Source of the DNA: Stegostoma tigrinum
Taxonomy: Eukaryota
Length of the DNA: 64,000 bases
NCBI RefSeq assembly: GCF_030684315.1
Contig: NC_081363.1
Span: forward strand, 69,300,517-69,364,516
Reading direction: 5' to 3'
This document shows positions 1-14,083 of the stretch, piece by piece. The number at the start of each line of letters is the position of its first letter. Positions within the stretch are counted from its first letter, which is position 1. The notes under the pieces were generated by a model. It was not told the origin of the DNA, ran no database searches, and saw nothing but the letters and a program-made list of their open reading frames with translations. A program made the position numbers and the translations under genes.

Positions 1-402
1 AGTCACAAATTAGTCTCAAGGACTAAAAATAAACTGAGACTAGGAATTTTCTCAAGCTATGATTTAACCCACTTACATTGAAGGTTGAACTTAATTATTT
101 TGGATTTCCTATTCTTGCAAAATTTGATCAGCCTTCAATGACAAAGCAACCTTTCTGAATATAAATGTTCATACAGAGACGTCAGGTTGAATAGTCAGCT
201 CCTGTGCTATAGACCTTGCGACCCTGCTTTATTATCATTGTAAATGGACAAAGTTATTGTCTTAGGCTGATTGATTCATTTTTTCACACTGCTTGCTTTC
301 CAGCTGTTATTGCTTGGCTGAAGAGGAATAAATCATTTATTAATAATCTATCTGACTGGAATGAGCCCTTGGCAAACAATAAATATCGAAAGAACTGTGG
401 AC

Positions 403-506
403 GTTGTAAATCAGGAGCAAAAACAAACTTGCTGGAAAAGCTCAGCAGCTTCTGTGAAGGAACAAACAGGGTTAATGTTTCGGGTCTGGTGACCCTTCGT
501 CAGAAG
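403..506 (-). mobile_element. Short Penelope-type terminal fragment (third family) with hammerhead motif at 471-506
   Basis: Minus strand TT-CTGACGA-A-GGGTC-ACCA-GACCC-GAAAC-ATT-AAC. Confidence 0.7.
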
Positions 507-1324
507 CAAATTTCTCTCAATGCATGAACAAAGTGTTTTGTAATCCCTTCAATTCATTAGAGCACCCTTCCTGTGCAGGCACAAACATGTTGCAAAATTG
601 ACATGTGTAATATTGAATGCATATTCAACAAAAACAAGGGTGTCACTGTGTTTGTGCTTCCAGGAGGAGTAATAAACCAAATAAACCAGGCTGACAATTG
701 TCAATATTTATATCTCACCAACATATGCTTGACAAATTCAGCTATCACAAGTTCACGACCAAATGGAAGTTAAAGCAATATAACGGACCTCGATAATCTT
801 GGGTAAGTAAGTAACCAACAATATTTTGCCCCTCCCAATCACCATGGTGCATGCATGGAACACGAGGCGACATCCAGTTGTTTTTATTACTTAGTCAAGT
901 CTCACACAAAGCACACCAGAGAAGATACAAACAAGGGTGAACTGAATTAGGCTCTGTCCCAGAGTGGAGGTTTAGGATGAAAGCAATGAGTCAAAGCTAC
1001 TTTTATTCCATGCTATAGGTTTAGAGAAGATGTTATTAATGTTTTCAAAATAATAGTGGAATTACATTTTGTCCTGGTAATACAGAGCACTAGAGATGAC
1101 AGAACTTGAGGGTCATGCAGGTAAATTCTGTAGAGCAAAAGAAACATTAGCTGTTCTGTCTTTTCTTTTACTATGACCTCTGGACCTGATTATTGAACCA
1201 TCTAGTCCCTATGGACAGCAAATGGTCATTCTACAGGGACACAGAAAAGATGCAATGTTATTGAAAATACAGAGATTCATGGTCCACACACAATTACGTA
1301 GAACAAGCTTACAGATCAGAGGGG

Positions 1325-1675
1325 GAGGGGACGGCCTAGTGGTACTATCGCTGGACTGTTAATCCAGAGACCCAGATAATATTCTGGGGACCTGGGTTCA
1401 AATCCCACCGCAGCAGATGTTGGAATTTGAATTCAATAAATATCTGGAATTAAGAGTCTAACAATGACCATGAATCCATTGTCAATGGTGAGGGAAACCC
1501 ATCTGGTTCACTCATGTCCTTTAGGTAAGAAAACCGCCATCCTTACCTGGTCTGGCCTATATGTGACTCCAGACCTACAGCAATGTGGTTGACTCTTAAC
1601 TGCTCTGTAGGCAATTAGGGGTCAGCAATAAATGCTACCTGGCCAGCGATACCCTCATCTGTGAATGAATAAAGA
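1325..1675 (+). mobile_element. tRNA-derived Deu-domain-type SINE (SacSINE1-like)
   Basis: Box A/B head (GGTTCAAATCCC), core CCTTACCTGGTCTGGCCTATATGTGACTCCAGAC, LINE-like tail GCAATAAATGC...GAATGAAT; decayed minus-strand copies near 7770-8070, 8830-8990, 15600-15885, 31790-32105 and 48770-49135. Confidence 0.7.
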
Positions 1676-2624
1676 ATTAAAAAATCAGAGAGAAATTTCC
1701 ATAAGGTTTTCCAAAACTAACCTTAGATACATTTACATCTCTGAGTGAACAGCATTTAAATCATGTACATGTTCTATTATGTTTGAATGGAAATGGAGAG
1801 GGATTTGGGTTTTATGAATCCAAATAATTGCCTGCCCTTCTTTTCTCATGGTTGAATGAAGAAATGGTCACATGGGTGAGGTATTGTAAAACCAATTACA
1901 AACATAAAGGTAGATAATGTATTTGAGATGTTCCAAGTTAATACGAATTCTACCTGAACTAACATCTTGCAATGGCCAACAACGGAGTTTGTTGAGAATG
2001 CCTTTCTGAATGTAACGTGTGGTGGGGTGACTACAGACAGGAATACACACAGAACCAAAAACCTTCTGCAACAAAGCTATGGCAATGGCCTCTAGAGGGG
2101 ACCATGAAAGTTCTGGACCAAGAAATAGATTGTAATGGCAGCAGGAAACCTGGGAAAACTTTGCGGGAGGATGGCTAGGAAGCGCATGAAAAATTTCAGT
2201 TCGAAAGGCAAACTCCCTCTTAAATTAAATCATTAAATTAACGAGGAGGTCAGAGGTAGTAGCGCCTGGGGCACTTAATGTGTTGGGAGACTTCAATGCA
2301 CCTCATCCGGAGTCACACCACTACTAACCAAGTTGGCCGAGTCATAAAAGACTTAGCTCCAGACAAGGTCTATAGCAAATAGGATTGAGACAACAAGTGG
2401 GAAAAATGTGCTCAACCTCAGCCTCACCAAACTGTTGCAGGTGCATCTTGCAATGATCGTATTTTTAAGAGCAGCAACCACACAGTCCTGGTAGAGACGC
2501 CATCCGTCGTGTTGTGTACCACTACCCACTAAGCCAAATGGATATATTTTAACAGATCTAATTACTTAAAAATTGGCTTTTATTCACTATTCAGTTGGAA
2601 GAAACAGTGAAGATAGCAGACGAT

Positions 2625-3510
2625 GTGTAGGCCTTCATGGCGAGAGGATTCGAGCAGAGATGTCTTGCTGCAAATTGTACAAGGCGAATTTTGCTCTCCT
2701 TATCTGAGGCAGGGTGTTCTAGCTTTGGAGGGAGTACAATGAAGACTTAACAGATTGATTCTGATTGGGCGGCACGGTGGCTCAGTGGTTAGCATTGCAG
2801 CCTCACAGCATCAGGGACCCGGTTTCGATTCCAGCTTCGGGCGACTGTCTGTGTGGAGTTTGCACATTCTCCCTGTGTCTGCGTGGGTTTCCTCCAGGTG
2901 CTACGGTTTCCTCCCACAGTCCAAAGACGTGCAGGCTAGGTGGACTGGCCATGCTAAATTACCCGTAGTGTTGAGGGGTGTGTGGGTTATAGGGGGATGG
3001 GTCTGGGTGGGATGCTTCAAGGGGGGGTGTGGACTTGTTGGGAAAACGGGCCTGTTTCCACACTGTAGGGAATCTGATCTAATCTAAATTCTTGGGATTT
3101 CAGGACTGATGAATGAAGATAGATTGGATCAGTTAGGATTATATTTGTTGCAATTTAGAAGAATTAGGGTGGAGCATCTCATAGAGCCTATAAAAATCCA
3201 ACAGGACTAGACAAGGTAAACACAGGAAGGATGTTCCTGATGACCCAGCAGTCTAGGATTAGGGGTTACAGTCTAAAGGATATAAAGTAGGCCATTTACA
3301 ACTAAGATGAGGAGAAGTTTCTTCACCCAGAGAGTGGTGAACCTGTGGAACTCTCTCACAAAAAGCAATTGAAAAAAGTTGAACGGTTTCAAGAAGGGGA
3401 TAGATTTAATCTTAAGGCTAAAGGGTATGGGGAAAGCACGAGAACAGGGAACTGAGTTGGATGATCAGCCATGATCATTTTGAGCAGGCTTGAAGGGCCT
3501 ATTTCTATTT
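2625..3510 (+). mobile_element. Decayed CR1-type LINE 3' fragment (interrupted by the HE1 SINE)
   Basis: Resembles 53290-53920 (TTCTTCACCCAGAGAGTGGTGAACCTGTGGAA; ATCAGCCATGAT 3' UTR). Confidence 0.75.
2767..3086 (+). mobile_element. tRNA-derived SINE (HE1 / V-SINE type) nested in a CR1 fragment
   Basis: Box A TGGCTCAGTGG, box B GTTTCGATTCC, V-domain CTGTGTGGAGTTTGCACATTCTCCC, (ATCTA)n-like tail. Confidence 0.85.
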
Positions 3511-5044
3511 TACATGTTTCTGTTTCTGTCCATGAGGTGCTGTGGGCCATCAGCATCAATAGAGTTATATTCAAATAATGTCCAACCTCATGACTCAGAT
3601 AATCCCCCAGTCTAGCATTATCATCAGCTAAGGAGATTAACCGTGGTTCAATGAGCCACAGGAGCAGAACCAGGCATACTAGCCTGTGGTGCTGGTGGCA
3701 ATCCTGGGACAAATGTCTTAGAAATCCTGTCTTTCAGTCTCTTGCCTAGCTGCCTAAATCTCTTTTTCTGGATCTCATCCCTTTTCCTCTTTATGTTGTT
3801 GATGCCAATGTGGACAATGACCTCTGAATCTTCACCCTTTCTAAAAAACACATTCGCTCTTCCAAAAAAGGAAGTCCTACAGCTGATCTGCACAGTTGCT
3901 GTGCAGCTACAAAACTAACATCTATGCAACAATTTGGAAAATTGCCCACATGCACTTCTCTCAAGGGTCATAAATCTGTGCAATTCATTACCCCAGAGTG
4001 TGTTGGATGCTGGCTCATTGGAAGGGATAAAAGGTTTTTAAGGGTTATGGAGAACAGGATGGAAAGTGCAGCTGAGGCCGAGATGACATCAGCCATGATC
4101 ATACCAAATGACGGTGCAGACTCAAGTGGTTGAATTGTCCATTTCTTCTCCTAGCTCTGTTGTTCTTGTGTATGACCTGTCCACAAAAAGCAGGACAACT
4201 TGCTCATCCCTAATTGCCCCTGAACCATTGCAATCCTTGAGGTGTAAGGACACCTACAGTACTGTTAGGGAGGCAGCTGTCTATAACGACACTTAAACAT
4301 ACTCATTTACCTGAATTTACATATGCAAATAACCAACTCTTTTAATCAACATATTCTATTTTATGGAATATTGGGTTGTACAACAGGAGACATAAAAGTC
4401 AATGTGTAATGATGAATTTAATAAGATCACAATTGGAAGACTGTGTATAGTTTTGTGGTCCAGAACATTGGAAGAATGCTGAGAAAACAGAAAAAGTAAT
4501 AAAGTGGATTCAACAGGAAGTTGTCCCATATGAATATTACTATGAAGATATGAGGAATTGCGACAATGTTCATTAAGAATAGAGATCTATCAATGATTTC
4601 ATCGAAGAGATTAAATTGATGAAAAACTTATTTCAATAATTGATGGAAAATATTTAGGGCAATTTGGTTTCACAAAAGATCGAGAGGCTACAGTGAGTGA
4701 TCCAAGCAGAGGCTACACAAATATTTTTAAGAATATGCTGGATTGTCAGTTGATGAAAAAGCAAAATAAAGGCACGCAAGAGGAGTATGATAACTGCTTC
4801 TATAGAGATTATACATCAGCATGGATTTGCTGAAATGATGCCTTTTGGTCTTAATTGAAACTTCTACAGAATTGTCTATGTCTATTTCTATAAGCTGTAA
4901 GCCAAGCACATTCACCATGCACAATGTTATATGGGAAATTCATGTTACAAATCAACACAGGATTTTTTGAATCTATAATTATGGAGACAATATGTAAAAC
5001 AGACTACACTCCAAAATTTTCTTATTTTTAGAAAGGAACCAAGG

Positions 5045-5850
5045 CTTATTCAACATCCTATACAACCACAACATGGCATCCCGACTCCTATATTCAATGG
5101 TGTGATAAATGATGCCAACCTAACAAATACTTTGTTAACCACCCTGTCTATATGTGACGCATCTTTCAAAGAAGTATGTACCTGAACCCTTATGTTTCTC
5201 TGTTCTACAACAATGCCCAGAGTGCTAACATTTGCTATACAAGTCCTGCTGTTGTTCGTCTTAGCAAAGTGCAACACCCTGCATTTATCCAAATTAAATT
5301 TCATCTACCACTCCTCAGCCCATTGGCCAAATTGATCAAGATTTATTTGTAATCTTAGATAATCTTCTACACTGTCCATTGTACCACCAGTTTTGGTGTC
5401 ATCTGCAAACTTACAAACTATACCTCCTAAATTCTCATCCACATTGTTTATATAAATGACAAATGACAAACAGCAATGGACCCAGCACCAGTCCCTGTGA
5501 CACAATGCTGATCACAAGCCTTCAGCATGAAAAAAACTGTCCATCAACATCATCTGCCTCCCAGCATCAAGCCAATTTTGTATCCAATTGGCAAGTTCTC
5601 CCTGAATCCTAAGTGATCTAATGTCACTAGCCAGTCTACCATGCAGTACATTGTCAAAGGCTCTACAAAAGTCCATGTAGATATTGTCAATCACTCTGCC
5701 TTCATCTATTCTTTTGGTCATGTCTCAATCAAGTTGTGAGACATAATTTCCCATGCACAAAGCCAAGCTGACTATCCCTAATCAGTCTGTGCCTCTGCAA
5801 ATGCATGCAAATCCCATCTCTCAGGATCTCCAACAACTTACCCATCAAAT
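5045..5850 (-). mobile_element. CR1-type LINE RT fragment
   Basis: Broken ORFs with DSQLGF...CLT, YMDF..AFD.V.HGRL, KFADDTK, MKFN..KC.VLHF. Confidence 0.88.
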
Positions 5851-7574
5851 GATGCTCAGGTTTGTGATGGAAATTGAGTTCACAGTCTTGACTGAACTGC
5901 TTCAGGCTGCAACTGATGTTGTTTTGCTCCCTTGAAAAGGGACAAAGACACTGCACAGTGAAATTCCTCAACATTAAAATCTAACATCACAAAATAAGCT
6001 CAGAGAGAGTCCATTCACAGAATTATTGCAAAAGTTTAGAATCTGACAGATAAACATCAGATTTCTATCATGAGAAAAATGCACTGAATCCAGTCATTAA
6101 AACAGCACTTAGTAATTATGGTTTATAATTGCCTGCCTGAAATACCATGACATTGATTAAAGTTATACTCATATGGTAGAAAAAAAGTGCCTACTTTTTG
6201 CACAATCCGCTGCGTTAAGAATGAAAACAAAAGTGCTGTGCCTTACTGGCATATTGATTCTAGTGCTCATTAGTAGTTGTGCAGGGTTTCAAGGCCAATC
6301 TTGGTTAACTTATAGAAAAGTTGAAAACTGACATTAAGATCAAGGTTCCCTTTGTGTCACACATTTGCCCCACCATGCTGATACCATTGAGTGTCAGAAC
6401 TGTTTGATGAGAAGGTTCTGCAGAGAATGCTACATTCATTGGATAATTAGCAAAATTAAAATATCTTAAAGAAACAACTCAGAGCTTATATAAAAGAAAA
6501 CTAAATTTTAGAAGGGAAGCAAGATTAGAATGACTACCAGGGAGCTATGAAGACACACAGTAAGTTAATAAATTATTTATCTACAATTAAGATGTAAAAT
6601 AAATTTTCAGAATAAGGAGTTGGCAAATTACTGAAGAAAACGTTATGGAGACAATGGAATGAAAGAAATATTATTGAGTATTTTGCCCGTTTTCATAGAA
6701 CAGAGTGACCAAATGAATGAAAAATTGTGGTCATCTTAACAATTACAGATCAAAAAATGAACACTGGAATGACATGGGTGGAACTCAAGCTAAAAAGAGT
6801 AATGGGCCATTTTGGCCTGATATGCTCAGACAGGAAATAGCAGAGTTCTGTCCACAATATTTCAAACATGCTTGAATATGGAAGGTATGCCACAAGAGAT
6901 TTATCAATAAAAGGACCTCTGCTCGGAAGAGAAAGGGATAAATTGGGATAGCCATAATCTAGTCAGCATATTATAGCCAGCAGATAGGATTCTTGAATTC
7001 ATAATTCAGAATAAAATCAATACTCATTTAAAGATGTCATCTTAAGTAATGACACAATAGATTTGTAATAGACGGTGGTGACAAATTTACAAATCATTTG
7101 AGGATACAGTGGAATGTGTTGCTAAAGGAAATGCCATTGGTGTCGTGTACAAAAGGCATTTGAAGATGGTTTGACAATCGCATTTGGCCACACAGTTTAC
7201 AAACAATTATGGCAGAATGAATAAAGATTATTCATAGGACAGAAAAGTATGATTCTTTCTGGATATTTTATGATTACAAAGGATTTAAATGGCAGTAATC
7301 TCAGAGGTTGTTGTTGACCTTGTTTCTCACCTGGACTGAATTATAGTGCTCATGATATCAACATAAAAGAAGCAAATATGTTAACTATAGAACAATTAGT
7401 GTTCAGGACAAACAGTTTGAAAGATTGGTCAATATCAAATAAAGTTTAAACAGAAATCCAAGATGATACATTTTGGCAGGAATTAAGAAGAGGAGGTGCA
7501 CATTAAGTTGCATAGAGGAATTATTGGTAAATGTAAAGAGAGATACAACTGATAGTGGCTTAAATCGGAGAGTC

Positions 7575-7703
7575 ATCACAAATCGGGTGGGGAGAGAGAC
7601 TGAGGAGAGTCCTTCATGGTAACCTCAGTTGGTGCAAGAATTGAACCCAAATTATTGGCAATGCTCTGCATCACAAACCACCCTTCAGCAACTGAGCTAG
7701 CCA
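7575..7703 (-). mobile_element. tRNA-headed short repeat (second copy on + at about 31235-31445)
   Basis: Both copies share TTCAATTC..CCA.CTG.GGTTACCATGAAGG.CTCTCC. Confidence 0.55.
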
Positions 7704-9009
7704 GGGCATTTTGCCTCAGGAAATTGTGTCAAGACATTGGAAATATCATAGATGAGTTTTTTAAGAAAATTTTTTGTTCATGGGATACAGGCATCACTAC
7801 CTCTATTAGTGTTTATTGTTCATCCTAACACCTCGTGGGGATGTTAAGCATCAAACAAATTGCTGAGAGTTTGGAGTCACATGGAGGCAAGAACAGCTGA
7901 TTTCCTTCCTGAAAGGACATTAGTGGACCCGATAGGTTTTTAACAACAAATGACAGTAGGCTAGCTTTTAATTCCTGAAATTTCAACATTTACCAGGATG
8001 GGATTCAAACCCATGTCCGCAGAACACTAATCAGAAGTTTTGGCACACCACTCCATTGGACATCACTAGATGTCATTGTAAAAGGGGAGGCAAAGCTATG
8101 AAAAATAAAAGGCTTAAAATGATAGAGAAGTGAAAATGGATTGCCCTCTAATTACCAAATAAGTAATAATTGTTATCTTCCTTTCTGGAATGTGTCAAAA
8201 TTGAGAGGGTTTGATGAGTTAAAAGACAAAATTATTTTTCCACTGGTCAATGAACCAGAAAGGAAAGGGCATAAAATTCATTACCACCAGCGCAGTTAGT
8301 TACTAAACAATGGAATGCTCAAGCAGAGAGTGAAGGAAGAAGAATTCACAACAAAAGTAATAGGGAATTTTTTTTAAAAAGTATGGAAAGGGCAGAAGAA
8401 TGGGCCTCTTTCAGCAAAAGATTGTATGATTGGAGGATTCTATTTAATAATAATTCTCATCCTCAAATGTAATCAAGTCAGACCCTACTAGACACTCCCC
8501 TTCTCAGCCTAGGTAACATATTTCTAGCATCTACTTTGTTGACATCTGTAAGAGTTTGGCGAGTTTTGTTTAAATGATCTCTTTTTTTTGATCTGTAGAG
8601 AATATAGGCACACAGTCGTGTCAATCTCTGCTTGTGGAGGAAACAAACTGGGAGAAATGGTTAAAGATAGATTTAATAGAAGCAGTCTGAAGCATGAAGG
8701 GTAATGATTAGATAAACGAGGAGAAACTGTTTTTGGAGGCAGATGGTTTGGTAGCCAGGGGACACAATAACAGAAGAGCCACAAAGTGAGAGATTCATAG
8801 GTCAAGCAAAACAGTTGATTTTTTGTTCTTTTATATACATTGTGGAATGTCATTGGCAAGGTTGTCATTTGTTTTCCATTCCTAACTTCCTTTGAAGTAA
8901 TTGGCTAATGAACCACATCTCTCCAGGCCTACAGTCACGTGTAATCTAGACCAGGTAAAGGAGACTTTCTTGCCCAAAGGACAAGTGAAGCAGATAGGTA
9001 CTTCTTTTT

Positions 9010-12000
9010 ATTCACTCAAGGGACACAGACACTGCTGGCTAGGCCAGTGTTTATTGCCTGTCCCTAGCTGCCCTTGAGAAGCTTGTGGTAAACTTCCTTC
9101 TTGTACTACTGAAATCCACATGCTGTAGGTTGCCACACAGTGCCCTTAGAGAGGGAATTCTAGGATTTTCACCAAGTGACAGTGAAACAACAGCAACATA
9201 TCCCAAGTCAGGATTGTGAATGGCTTGGAGGGAAACTTGCAAGCGATGGTGCTCCCTTCTTGCTGCTGCCCTTGTCCTGCTAAGTGGAAGGTGCTAAGGA
9301 CTTTAGGTGAATTTCTTCAGTGGATTTTGTCGGTGGTACACACTGCTGTGACTGAGCATTGGTGGTAGAGGAGGTGGATGCTTGTTGATGTACTGCCAAT
9401 CAAGCAGACTGCTGTGTCCTGGATGGTATCAAGCTTCTTGAATGTTGTTGGGGCTGCACTCATCCAGAAAAATGGGGAGTACTCCATCACACTCCTCACT
9501 TGTGCCTTGTAAATGGTGGAGTCAGGAGTTCAGAAGAGTCAGGAGTTGAGTTAATCACTGCAGTACTCCTAACTTCTGACCTGCTCCTGTAGCCACTCCA
9601 TTTATGTGATGAGTCCAGCTGAGTTTCCGGTCAATGTTAAACCCCCAGCATGCTGATAGTGGAGATAATAGATTCAGTGACAATAACACCATTGAATATC
9701 AAGGAGCAGTGGTTAGATTGTCACTTATCAGAGATGGTTATTGCCTGTCATCTGTATGGTGCAAATGTTACCTGCTACTTGTCAGACCGAGCTTGGAAAT
9801 TTTCCAAATCATGTTGCATTTGAAAATAGACTGCGTATCTATCTGAGGAGTCACAAACAGTGTTGAATATTCTGCAATCAGTGAACATCCCCTCTTTTGA
9901 CCTCACGATGGAGTGAGGGTCATTGATGAAGCAGCAGAAGAGGGTTGGGCCTAGGACACTACCTTGAACTTTTGCAAAGATGTCCAGGAGCTGACCTCCA
10001 GCAACCACTTCCTATTCGCCAGTTATGACTCCAATGAGCCAAGTTTGCCCTCTGATACCCGATTCCAATTTTACCAGGGCTCCTTTTTGCCTCATTTAGT
10101 TGAATGTGGCATTTGATGTCAGACACCGTCACTTATCTTATTTCTGGAATGCAGACTTTTTGTCCATATTCAGCCCAAGGCTGTAGTGAGGTCAGGAGCT
10201 GAACGGCCTGGCAGAACCCAAACTGGATACATTGAGTGTGTTATTGTTGTAAGATAGCATTGTTAATAACACGTTCCATCACTTAATTGATGAATGAGTA
10301 GACCAATGGGGAAGCGTTTGAAATGGGTTGGATTTGTCCTGCATTTTGCATACAGGATGTACCTGGGCAATTATCCACATTGTTAGGTAGATGCCAGAGT
10401 GGTAATTGTACAGGAAGAGCTTAGCTGGAGGAGCAGTAAGTTCTGGAGCTCAACTCTTCAGTACTATTGCCAGAATAATTGTCAGGGCCATAACTTTTGC
10501 AGTAAATAGGGCCTCGAATAGCTTGTTGATATGGGTCAGAGTCCGTCAAAATATATTCAGAAGATCATCTGCACCCTACCTTTTTCTTATTTTAAAGGCA
10601 AGTGCAAGGTTATTGTGTTCCAGATGCAATTCAATTGGTCAAACTACTCGTTAAGCAAAACACTATTTTTACACTACAGTTAGAATACAGACAACAGAAA
10701 TAAAAGGATTGGTTTAACTACAACTCTGTTGAAATGCTTATCAAAGTAAATAGATATATTAACTTCTACTAATTAACTGCTCCAATATAGAAACACTGCT
10801 GTCCTGGCAACATTTTTTTTGACAAGGTGTGTACCTCAATTATGGCACTATGCTCCTGTTCATCGACCATGACGGTTTGCAGGTCACCCTCAGGCCTCTG
10901 CCTGTCTTTTACCGATACCTGATCACTGTCTGGGACATTGTCATCTTGCACTGAGCCTACCCTCCATCAGGAGTAGCGGCCATTGAGAGCCATTGCTCAG
11001 GAATCCGCACGTCTACAAGGAGGGGTGTGCACTGCAGGGAATGAAGTGCTTTATTTCTCCTTCCAACTCTACTTTGGTTTGACCCCTACCCTCCCCTTCA
11101 CTTTTTCATTCGCATAGGCATTGCCCCTACAGGGCTCTGCTCATTACTGGTTCTTTGGTCCTATGGGTGTTTTCCCTGGGTGGTGGAATATGAATAAAGT
11201 TAATTACATACCTGGTGTTTTGCAATGTGTCTTGCACTCCCCCCCGCCACACACACACACACACACACACGCACGCACGCGCGCGCGCGCTGGGTAAAAT
11301 AAGCAAAATGAAAAAAAAACAGCAGAAAGCAAAAAAAAGACATAACTGGGGGAGATTAGAATCTCAGTTGAGGACTGACTCTGGTTGGTCGAGCTAGTGT
11401 TCTGAATAAAATATGGGTACATCCCACCAACACACCCTTGGCAAAAGGCAAAATTCAGTAAAATAGATTGTCTCACAGGCAATTATCTAGTCCAGGAAAA
11501 ACATCATGTGAAAGCTCAGATAGACAATGGCAGGGAGAAATGCACTGCAGCTTCCAAACCCAACAACCACTACTGAAAAACTAAAATTAGAAATTCAGGT
11601 TCTGTGGGGAGCTTGACACCACCCATTCAGACTTTAAAAACAAACAAAAGGCCTCCCAAGTTGTTTCTTTAGGGGCTTTGAAGACGACCAATCGTTACCT
11701 CTCATCTCAAACTTTCTTCATTAAAAAAGGTCAAAATACAGCTCTTAAAACTATAGGATTGTTACGTATCGAGTGAATCAAATTGGCTGAAGCCTGAAAT
11801 GCATCATGCTGGTGAGGACTGGAGGCAGCTGAGGTGGATCACAGAGTTGGCACCTCTGGCTGAATGTTGCTGTGACTGCTTCGGTCTCATCTTTTGCTCT
11901 GATGCGTTGGGCTCTTCCATCACTGAGCATGGTGATATCTGTGGAGCTTTCTCCTCGAACATTAATGACTAGATCTGGCAGTACTGCAGAACTTGGGTCT

Positions 12001-12300
12001 GATCTGTTGGATGTAGAAATTGCTCAGCTTTATCACTTGTTACTTTTGTTGCTTGGCATGCTCAATCTGTTTAGTAGCTTCAACAGGTTGTCACCTCATT
12101 TTTATTTATGTCTGGTGCTGCTCCTGGCATGCCCTCCTACACTCTCCATTAAAATCAGGTTTAATCCCGTGGCTTGATGGTAATGGTGGAGTCAGGGTTG
12201 TACTGGTCCATGAGGTTGCAGATTATGCTGGTGTACAATTTTGCTGCTGTTGATGGCCCACAGTGCCTCATGGATGCCCAGTCTTGAACTGCTAAATCAA
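9010..12300 (-). mobile_element. L2/CR1-clade LINE fragment in two pieces (about 9010-10530 and 11765-12300)
   Basis: QGSVLGPTLF.CFIND and RSVMEYSP..W motifs; same family at about 13505-14060 (+) and 27890-28720 (-). Confidence 0.75.
11249..11290. repeat. (CA)n grading into (CG)n microsatellite
   Basis: Directly visible alternating purine-pyrimidine tract. Confidence 0.93.
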
Positions 12301-14083
12301 GGATTTTAGCATTTTATGACAATAGACAATGGTTACTTGGTTATGATAGTTTAGCTTAAAGACCAAATTTCATTGAGGTCAATTTTCACCTAATCATGAT
12401 TCAAACTCATGTCCCTGAAGCATCAGCATGGAGATCTGAATTACTATTCCAGTGCAACAACCACTTCACCATCACCTCCATGCTCTGTTGGTCAATGAGG
12501 AATCGAAATGTAGAAAGGGTGCAATACTTTTGCTGAGTCTCAACATATGCATGAATCATGCAATCTCAATTTTTCAACAAATCCTTCCATCTGAATTGAT
12601 GAATCTCACAACCCATGCATTTTAAAACAACAGTTCATATGACTGTGACAGCTGCAATTCAGTGGTACTATTCTTGTAGATGTACTGTTTAACTGTTGCA
12701 ATACAATGTCATCATGGCATTACAATAAAGACTATTATTGCACAAAAATTGATCTTAATTTTTTTTAAGGCATGAGCATTTACAGTCCCCCATACAACTT
12801 TTGTATGCAGGTGCTGTCCTCTAGCCAAAGCTTTGCCCATCCCTGCTATAATAACAATAATTCTTAAACATAGTTCAAAACAAAGCCAACACATAAATAA
12901 TGATGCATTAAGTTTGATGTTAGCTGCCACCATGTGTGATGAATGCCCCCAATTAGCAATTTTCAGCAGCCATTGTTAACACCAAATATATACAAGATCG
13001 ACTAAAATTATTTCCAATTATTTTCACCCTGGCTCAGTTCAGAGAATCAGTACCAGCAAAGAAAACAATGAATGCAATTCCCATTGCTATAGATTGTGGA
13101 ATCAGTGTGGCTGTTGGAATTTTATGTCCAGTTAATACTGTTTAACAAATGCACCACTGAAACTGTAGACATTTGGAAATGAATAGTGACGGTAAAATTT
13201 CATTTCATTAATGGGTGGCCTAGCAGTGGATTAGCCACCTGTATTTTGGACATGGAGAGATCAATGGAGGTATAATAGCCCCACCTGTCACAAGTTGGTC
13301 AATCAAGAGTGGGGGGGAAAAAATAGCAGGTTGGATCATTCTAATCATCCACTACTGTCAAGCCTCAAAATATAACATTGTTATGAACACCAGTTAATGA
13401 CCATCCCAACCACAGAATGTAAGATTCTTCTGGTGCTATGGCAGTATCCCTAGCTTTAAGCCAGGAGGCCTGGTTTCAAGTCCCACCTGCTCCAGAGGTG
13501 AGAAACCAAATCACTGTAGACCCTGGAAATTCAATGGCGTTACCACTGATGAATCCCTCGATTAAATATTCTTGGGTTTACCATTGACCAGAACTGAACT
13601 AGACAGGTCACATAAATACTGCATGCACAAGATCAGGTGAGGGGCCACAAATGCTGCAAGCCTGCCCATCATACATAAAGGCACAATTCAAGTATGTGAT
13701 GGAATACAGTCCATTTACCTGGTAGTTCCAACATTGAGGAAGCTCAGCACCACCTACAGCAAAGTAAGTAGCTTAATTAGCTCTCTTTACTACCATCACA
13801 CAGTGGCATTGCGCATAAAATGCGTTGTAGTAACTCAAAGGCTTCTCAGAGCATCTTCCAAACTTAACTTATTTACCTAGAATGACAAGGGCTGTTGCTG
13901 GGTCAAAATCCTGAAATCTCTTTCTAACAGCACAATGGGTATCCCAGTGTTCCAAGGACTGCAGCAATTCAATGCAGCAGCTCATGGCCATCTTCTCCAG
14001 AATAATTAGGGATGAGCAGCAAATGCTAGTTTGGCTGGTGTTACCCATATCCCATAAACAAATAAGGAAGATATATTACAATG

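Noticed and set aside
664-802. Exon-like segment (TTCCAG acceptor ... GTAAGT donor); considered as an exon of the expected neighbour PLEK2
   Set aside because: Stops in all three frames and no PLEK2-like peptide; cannot be supported without RNA data
2767-2840. tRNA gene
   Set aside because: The box A/B head continues into a SINE body repeated at 49355 and 51485
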